A stretch of 64,000 bases of DNA from Eledone cirrhosa (Eukaryota): positions 381,920,001-381,984,000 of the forward strand of contig OZ024741.1 in the NCBI GenBank assembly GCA_964016885.1, given 5' to 3'. The position numbers and the translations under genes are program-made. Below the pieces are notes generated by a model that saw only the letters and a list, made by a program, of their open reading frames with translations, was not told the DNA's origin and ran no database searches. Shown piece by piece: positions 55,105 through 64,000 of this stretch (its first letter is position 1; the number at the start of each line of letters is the position of its first letter).

Positions 55105-58100
55105 AAGTGTTAAAACGATCTTATTCTTGTTTAAAACATTTATTAGCTGACAATTGTTTCTTCCAGAGGAAAGTCTGGAAACATCGGAGCATAAGGAATG
55201 TCGAAAACGTGTAACTAGAATCCTAGTCATTTAGAATATTTAGGGTACATACTTGTTATTAGTGTCAAAGGCATCATGTGGAGAGTTATGTGTTAAAAAG
55301 ATGTTCTGCTTGAAATAACACAATTACAGGCAGCACGGGTTGGAAGTGTAATAGGTATAAGTAAAAGTAAAAGGCACAATCAAAAGAATCACAAGCAAAA
55401 AAACAAAAAGCAGGGCAGTCATAAGCAAGGACGATTGATGTACAATGCAGAAGTCAATACAGTCAATAATGCATGTATGAGGAAAGAGTTATAATGCAGT
55501 TGAAATAAACATATTTTGTGTGGGGTGTTAAAGCATGTTATATTTGTTATAAATGGTTAAGATAGTGTGCAATTTTTTAGAGTGGAATGTGGTGATAATG
55601 TAGGTATTTTTTTGTAAGGGGAAATGTAAATCACTAGATAGAGTTGTGTATGCGATTTTCATTTAAGTGTTGTTGTGTTGTAGTTCATATTTATGTGGAT
55701 GTGTTGTTTGTTACTCACATCTATTAACCATGGGATTATTTAAAGTCGTTTAGAGTCAATAGGTGTTTGTTTGTTAAATGTAAATTCCTCCGAATTACTG
55801 GCCACGTTGTTATTGTATGTATATTGTTTTATGCATTTTTGTCTGAAAATTATCTTTTCTATTGTCTCTATTAATCCTTATTTAGCCGTTGGTAAACCGC
55901 TAGGTTGCTTAATTTTATAAGTTTACACAGGAAGTTGCAAAGGGGCTTAATAACAAAGGGAGGTAATTAATGTTGTTGATAAATTAAGGGTTGTTATAAT
56001 ATTGTGGTAATGTTATAAATTAATCTATATAGAGTATATAAAATATAAAATATTTTTATTTTTATTATTAGTTGCTAGGTTTGAAGTAGTGGAACGAGAA
56101 TCTATGGTAATGCGGACACGTGTAGAAGATCTCAGATTTCCTGTTTAGTAGGCTAAGGTTAGAGTGAATAATATTTTTAGACTCCAGGATGCAAAGGTTA
56201 CAAATTTGTTTAGGGTGTCTATATGAAGGGGCCTTAGCTATCACATCCCATTTTAAGGTGTATGGTATATTACTTGATTTGAATGAGTGTATGTATGTGG
56301 ATATTGAGTTTACGTTGCTAAGTTTAGGGTTACTGATCGAATGATGGTGTGAATTATATCTGGACTTAAAGCTATTCGATGTAGAGTCTATATATACTTT
56401 CGAGATGTGATTGGCTGTTACAGTACCGGAGTAGACAATGTATTTAATTAGACAGTTCTTATTTAATGGACATGTCTTGTTAGGCCTACAATTACAATTA
56501 TTTTGTTTACTAGTATACTGATTAAGGGGTGTGCATTTGAGTGGTTGTTTCTGTTTCTACTTCAAGTGTTATGATTATGGTGAGTGTTATTATTATTTGT
56601 GTTATTAGTATGACTTGTTGTATGGTCTTGTACTGTGTTGTTGTTCATGTTTTTTCTATGCCGCACATTATTACTTTGGTATAATTTGAAGTACTTTTCA
56701 ATCTTTCTCTCGTTTGTGCTGGTAATATGGTCTGCTATGTTAGGTGTGGTGGAGTAGGATATTTTAATTGTGTTTAATTGAGTTAATTGTATTAAATAGG
56801 TTGTGGTATTTATGGTTAGTTGGGAAGTTTTTGTCTAGCGTAGAGAAGAAAACTTTAGGTATATGTGTTGATACATTTAAGTTGAACGGAGGGTTAAAAA
56901 TGTGCTACTTCCTCTTCTATTTTTCTTATGGTTGTTATTCATACTACTATTTAGTGTGGTGTTAGGTTCCTTCTTATCTATATTTATTATTTCTGTTGTG
57001 TTTTTAGGGTTATTGCTGTGGTGTGATTTAACTTTTTTACGGCGCCCTTTGTACAGGGGTCAGGATTTTCAATACTATGGTCATATTTACCTTTATTTAT
57101 GGCCATGTTGTGTGAAATTATATTAGGTTGTCTATGGGTGGTTGACGATTTAGGTTTAAATTTAATGTTATCTCTATGGCCGGAACGGGCTAAGGTTTTA
57201 TTATAGTATTGGGAGTTACTATTAAATGTTTTCTCGTTGTAAGAAAGGGAAGAGATTCTATTAGATACCCCTTTAATGATTGAGGTCATTACAGATTTAG
57301 GGTTGTTAGAGTTGGTATTAACATAGAAGAGTTTTTCATTAGGGTTATGGTAAGGTGTGTATTTTTAGAGTCTAATTAGAGAGTGACGTCCAGGAAGTTA
57401 ACATTTTTGGTGTTTTTATCTAAAGTGATACCTTAGTTATAGCTTTAAAATACTTTATGTAATTGTTTCCTAGTTCTTTCTATATTGAACTTGTTATAGT
57501 CTAAGAGGAAAAGTGTGTCGTCTTCATAGAGACCACTGTTGAGATAAGGTAGGTTCTGGTGTATTTCGTTTAAGAGAAATAGACCGACTAAGTCGGTTAC
57601 CTGTGCCGTGTCACTATATCCCATGGTGATATCGAAGTTGTTGGGTGTATTCTTGGGGGTCCATAATTGGTCTTCACATTTAATTATTGTTTTCCTGGCC
57701 GCAAAGATTATATCTACCTGGGATCTAGTGAGTTCGTTATTGTTTTGGGGCATTATTAATGTTTTATTCAGGAGGATAGGTGAGATAAATGTGTAGTAGG
57801 AGTTTATATCAAATTGGATGAATTTCTTATTATTATTTTCATTCGATTACTTCACTAGTGTTTCCCTAGAGGCTAAAATGGATTTTTTGTTTGATTTGGG
57901 GGATTACGTTATCAAATATTTTTTTACTGAATGATGCCAATGTGGCATCTGGATGGGCAAATAAGTCTAATTGAGGGGTTAGTCTTGAAGTCATCCTTAT
58001 GGTCTTTCAGAGAGAATCGTGGGGGATTAGTGGTGTACGGTTGAGTATATTTCTCTCGTCCTAATTTACATATTAAAATACTGGCTTCAATATTTATGTC

Positions 58101-58571
58101 ATCCAGGTTTTTATGCGATGTTCGTTTGTAGTTCCTATAAAGTTCTTTATATATAAATTCTCCATACGTATCGTAATCAAGGCTATATATGTGTTTAGTT
58201 TTATCAGCTAGTACTAATATATTCGTATTCTTATTAAAGTTTTTTATGGTGGAATTTAGGTTATTTAGGAAGTCGTTCTTCTTATTGTAGTATTTATTGT
58301 ACTTAATCCTTTTAACAATAGACACAAGGTCGTTTTCAAATGAGTAGAGTAAGATATTGTGTGGAGAGCTTTTATATGTTTTGAAGCCGTATGTTTCAAG
58401 CGAAGGTGCATCCTGTTTTTTCGCAGCGCGGTTCCTATCGTAGTGGAAAGCCTTCCATGTAACTCTTTTGATAAAAGAGTTGACACTATTAATCAATAGT
58501 TTTTCGTATGTATCCCTAGATGGAATGGGCATATTCTTTAGCAACAAAGGAAGATAGTCTTTGATCAACAT
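55104..58571 (-). mobile_element. Near full-length decayed Naiad-type PLE
   Basis: Disrupted ORF plus ~960-bp 3' UTR ending in HHR gct-CCGATGT-ttccaga...tctggaa-GAAAC-aatt-GTC-agc (55146-55190), related to derivatives A and B. Confidence 0.88.
56068..58571 (-). pseudogene. Naiad RT + GIY-YIG ORF, frameshifted
   Basis: [73 protein letters not shown], terminal FHYFKPSN*; collinear with 33046-35487. Confidence 0.9.
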
Positions 58572-58602
58572 ACCGGTAATTTTATATATGTCAGCTCTAC
58601 TA

Positions 58603-58781
<179 letters not shown>

Positions 58782-58791
58782 AATTGAATAT

Positions 58792-58975
58792 AAAAGAAAT
58801 ACAAACTCAGATATATATAAACATATATGTGTTCAAATCGTAACGGACCAGATGATGTGCATGAATTGGTATTCATTTTCACAATTAATTTTGCGAAACA
58901 GCTAGCCAAAGGTGTCTCGGTGATTGGTAGTTACCACAATTCCGGTTTGTATTTATTTTCCTGATTTATTATTAC
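58792..58975 (+). mobile_element. Truncated copy of the 50031-50953 HHR element
   Basis: Same inverted 5' piece (attgaatataaaag...ggaccagat) joined to gatg...ttgcGAAAcagc...tgtc. Confidence 0.8.
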
Positions 58976-59079
<104 letters not shown>

Positions 59080-59151
59080 TATATCAGCTGATCATACAAA
59101 AGAATGCTAATCAAAAGAAATGGTGTTCATTCTTAGTCACTATATATATAT

Positions 59152-59203
<52 letters not shown>

Positions 59204-59217
59204 ATATATATATATAT

Positions 59218-61710
59218 AATTTTTTAGACGTGGCTTTTAATTTGAACTCAGGCCTTTATTATCGCTTCCATAAAGTCAATGAGAATTTAAATTAAGTGAG
59301 TTTTTCAATAATCATCCTTAAACTGTTAAGAATGCAATTGTCAACAGTGTACAACAACGAATATCCAGTGTATCTGCTAATAGAGCCATATTTAATAGTA
59401 AGGATGTATATTATAATGAAGCGTTACATAAAGCTGGATATAACAATAATATTGAGAATATAGAAAGAAATAGTGAAAATAATATTACTTATAATGACAC
59501 TAATCATTATAAAAATAAATATAAAAACAACTTGAGGAATACATCGGGGAAAAAATAAGAACGAGATCTATAATTGGGTATACTCCGCCTGCATCTTTAG
59601 CTATTAAAACACCGGTAGCACACTGATTTTTAAAGCGTTGGATAAATGCTTCCGTAGGTCACATAAATATTACTCTATTTTCAATAGACACAGTTAAACT
59701 TTCTTATTCAACAAATATGAATATTGCTCAAAATATAGCAAAAATGAATAATAAAAATCTTAATTTGAACCAACATACAATTAGCAATAATAACAATAAT
59801 AATAACAATACATTAGTTAATGGGAATAACAATAACACTTTAAATACTGATAATAGTAGAACACCTGTAAATGATAATGTGAATAGTTTGTCTGGAAATA
59901 ACATTGAGAAGCAATGTAATTGTAGAAAGAAGTCTGAATGTCCTTTACAAAATAATTGCCTTGACAAGAATATAGTATATAAATGTACCATTAAGACAAA
60001 TAATAATATATATAAATATATTGGTGTCACTTCCTCTAAGTTTAAGGAACGTTGGTATAATCATAGACAATCTTTTACTAAACCAGATAAGAAATCTTCA
60101 AGTTCACTTTCGCAATTAATATAGTCTTTAAAGGACAATAATATTAAATACTCCATCACTTGGACCAAATTAAAGAAAACCCATTCCTATCAGAACGCTT
60201 CTATTTCGCAAAATTGCATTCTTTGTAATTTCGAGACTATACAGATAATTACAAATTATGACAATTTAATCAACAAAAAAAAAAGCGAATTATTCAGTAG
60301 TTGTCACCATAACATTTGTAAAACTTTCCAAGCATTGTACAAGTTTCGATAAAAAAATATTGACAATTAATAATTTATTGATATTTTTATGTATTAGAAT
60401 TATTTTATTAAGAGTCTCGTTATCCTATGTTTTGATTAGGACAGTTCTATATCTAACTAGACATCCTTTATGATATTTGCAATAGATGATTTATGGTTTT
60501 CGAAAGAGCGCGGAATGTGTGAGTAGAGATATGTTATAAATGTTTGTATATGGTGAATTAGTTATCTTCCTTTTCTTTACATTGTCCGTAAAATTCCCTT
60601 CTTCTTGTCTAGCTTGCTGAATTATATTAGTTTTGAAATATGTAGACTAATAATATACAGACTATCATTAAAATGAAACTATATAAATAAGTAAATATAG
60701 AAGTAAATATAACCTTCAGTAAATTTATAAAATTAACTTTTGTGAATAAACGTAACCGCAGTTAAATCCGAGAAATTAAATGAAAATTAAAGAATAGTGA
60801 AGATTTTATAAAGAGAATATTATAATTAAATAATTTGAGTAATATATGATCTGAATATATTATATGTATTGATGGTGACTCATGTATGCTATTAGATTTT
60901 AATACATATGTAATAATTATTGAAATACGCTTTAATGATTAATTCCTTTAAAGTTGTAACAAAATAGTTATAGAATATCTTACCTTAAAATTAAATATAA
61001 TAATCTATAATGTGTTATGTTAAATTATATAAATGTTTAATTAAACTATATATATGATTGCTATATAAAATAATCTATACTGATTAATTTTGATATAATA
61101 TATAAATATAGTTAGCTAAGGCATAATCAAATACTAAAGATATTCAATTGTTTAGTTGAATTGATTGGATGTCCTTTTTGATCCAGTATTTGAAAACAAC
61201 GGTTTTTTCTATATCCCGCTCTATTTGATGTTTCCTTTATTTTCTTTATTTTCTTTACCCCCCCTCCGTTCCCTTCACTTTCCTTACACCTTCCCTCTTA
61301 TGTCGTTATTCCTCTTTTCCTTTTTATATATTTATTTTACTCATTCATCCTTTTATTTTTTTATTTTTTATTTCATTTATCTATTTATGTATGTATTTAT
61401 GTTTGTATTTATTTAATTTTCCTTGCCTTTCCTCTTCTTTACACCCTCTCTCATATCTCTGATTTGCTCTACGTCCTTTTCTTCTTTAAGTTTATAATAT
61501 TATTTGTGGTATATAAACATTGATATTTGATGAAATAAATCATTGACGATACTCGAATTGTATAATGAAGACCATAGCGGTATGTAATATATCAAATCAT
61601 ATATTTCATCTGGTGAAGACGTTCTGAAAAGACAACACAGTATCTTTGAAATATATATAAAAAAGCATATATTTTGATTATGTGAATAACCTTCATTTGT
61701 TAATATTCTG
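59218..61710 (+). mobile_element. 5'-truncated decayed Naiad-type PLE; coding to ~60350, 3' boundary uncertain
   Basis: NFLDVAFNL..NNHP..YYNEALHKAGY..LSYSTNMNI..CNCRKKSECPLQNNCL..IVYKC..YIGVTSSKFKERWYNHRQSF..CILC. Confidence 0.82.
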
Positions 61711-61768
61711 AATAATATATATATATATATATTTATATAGTTTAGTAATAAACAACATAGGAAAATTA

Positions 61769-61828
61769 TTTCATTTATCAGTGGTTTCTTGAAAGCAAAC
61801 AAATCTGGTTTCAGTCATCAGAATGAAA
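61769..61828 (-). ncRNA. Type I hammerhead at the end of a microsatellite-rich minus-strand tract (~62600->61745)
   Basis: tttcatt-CTGATGA-ctgaaa...tttcaa-GAAAC-cact-gaTA-aatgaaa; 7-bp stem I. Confidence 0.62.
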
Positions 61829-62291
61829 CAAATCCTGGTGTTTTTATCGAATGTGGATTTTGAAAACAAGAATATAAGGAATATGAAAGAGAGGCTGAAG
61901 GAAGAAGAGAAAAAGATAATAAATATATAAGTATATAAACACACACACACACATACATATATGTTTATATGTATATATACACATAAATATACATACACAT
62001 AAACATAAATACAGAAACACACACATATATATATACATACATATATACACATATATATATATATAAAATTATATAAATAAATATATAAAAATAAATAAAC
62101 GACCACGTGCAGTCACATCACCATACAAAAACAAAATACATATACAAGAAATCAATAAGGAAAGTCAAGTTTAAAAAAAAAATAAAGAAATAAAAATTAG
62201 AAATTAAAAATTAGCAAGTTGACAGCGATACGAAGAGGAAAAAACAAATAAAAATAAATAAACGAACACACGTGGTAAGCAAAAGCACACA

Positions 62292-62347
<56 letters not shown>

Positions 62348-64000
62348 GTCTGTACATATATATAGGCATATATACACACATAAATACATATATAAACACA
62401 CATACATAAACAAATACACACACACACATACATACACATACATATACACACACACACATATATATATATACACACACACACATGTACATACTCACATGCA
62501 TACACACTCGTACGCGCGCATATACTCTCAACCACACGTATAGGTACATATATGCAAATGTAGGTGTATATACATATATCAACAAATATAAAAAGTGTCT
62601 TAAATATAATTGTCTACAGTAGGAAAGATTGTCATCGTGGGGTTGCTTAGTGTTACATAATCCTAGAAATTAATATTATTTTATGCAGCTACATTGTTAG
62701 TATAATTATTCTCTTTAAGAGCCTTTATTAGTCATACTGAGGTACTTAATTTGACGAATTATTGACGTATTTAAATTTACTCCAATACTTGACTGGAACT
62801 TATTTTCTTGAATATCCAAAATTCAAAGTAATGACGTGTAATCTAAAATTTGATTTCAGAACTCAGACTTTAAACATTACAAGAACATTTTCAACTATTT
62901 CCCCTAACACATCACTCCATGTATTGTAGAAAATGTAAGCTGAGACGACAACTCATTTTAAATTTCAATTCCTTTCAAAAGGTTAAGATAGTCATACACA
63001 TCACAGCATTTCATTTCTTTTCTTGTCAATACGTTATGTGTATTAAAAAATACATTTAAAAATTACAAATGTTGTATATAATATCTATAACTGCAATGAC
63101 ATTATGAAAATCTACCTACTAACTCTTTATTAAATGTGTGTTAGCTAGAAGCATGTATCTTACTGGTAGATATTCAAACACAATGCAAAACATATTAGGT
63201 TTTACTATGTAATATCTAGCGTTTAATGTGGTTTGAGAAATAGATATTGTCTGAAAAATATAAGATAAATTGAGAAAATATATTACTAGTAATATTAACT
63301 GCATTGTTTCTTTTTTCTATACTGTTTTCAATCGTTGAATTAAATATCTAATGAAGTTTCATTTTATCGTTTCATTTTATCGTTTCATTTTATCGTTTCT
63401 TAGGATAATCAAACTAGTAATAGTACATAAATTTTTCAGGCAAAATTTCATTTTGTTTCTGGTTTATTTCTTGCCAAGTGGATATGTTGGCGAGTGTTAG
63501 TAATATTAAAGTCGCAAATTAACTGCTTTGTAGAGTGTAGTTGCGTTCTGAGCTCAAATAATATTTCATAGTTTCCGGGTTTTAATTAAATATGTATTAC
63601 AGGTTTTGTAATTTAGTTCAAAGTGAGCCGTTGTCAATTAAAATAGAATTTAATGATCTCATGATGAGACTTTAGGCTTTTAAAATGAGGATAGCGATTT
63701 CAAATAAAGAATGGCAATTTCAAAATGAGTTTAACGCACACGAATATGAGTGAGATTCTAAGTCACAAACAGAAACAGAATGCATAAAATAAGTGCTGAT
63801 ACAGAAGAGGCACACAAATCTATTTATTTAATCGTATATCGTATATATAACATGAAATATAATCCCCTCATTTTAAAGTGAACAATTGGAAATTGACTGG
63901 TTAGTTATATCTGTTTTATAATACAATAATGAGATAAATGACTCATTTCAGAAATATAATAACTTCTAGATTTTTCAGTAGATGGGCAATGAAATTAATA

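Noticed and set aside
61560-61665. Expected HHR at the end of the 59.2-kb Naiad copy
   Set aside because: Only partial motifs (ctgaaaa...gaaatatata) without a convincing stem I.

Overview
AT-rich, microsatellite-saturated animal DNA with no recognisable host gene. Two tRNA-derived SINEs resemble the octopus OK and OR2 families, so a coleoid cephalopod is likely (inference). The window is a transposon mosaic: a decayed Helitron (1-4812), a decayed Tx1/L1-type LINE (13563-17802), an internally inverted RTE fragment (43040-44158), and above all Penelope-like retroelements (PLEs). The centrepiece is an intact 813-aa Naiad-type RT + GIY-YIG ORF (33046-35487) between near-identical ~3.67-kb inverted repeats. 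These repeats are mostly microsatellite and each ends in a type I hammerhead ribozyme (HHR) with a very long stem II. Around it are four decayed Naiad-type copies, a foldback Neptune-type copy, and about a dozen non-coding foldback or tandem elements, mostly sitting in (TA)n tracts. Together they carry roughly 20 hammerhead-like motifs from about 10 sequence families, many with non-canonical cores. The best candidate for a new system is this PLE plus its ribozyme-bearing, retrozyme-like satellites, with a reproducible asymmetric foldback architecture. All ribozyme calls are by-eye motif and pairing matches, not tested activity.
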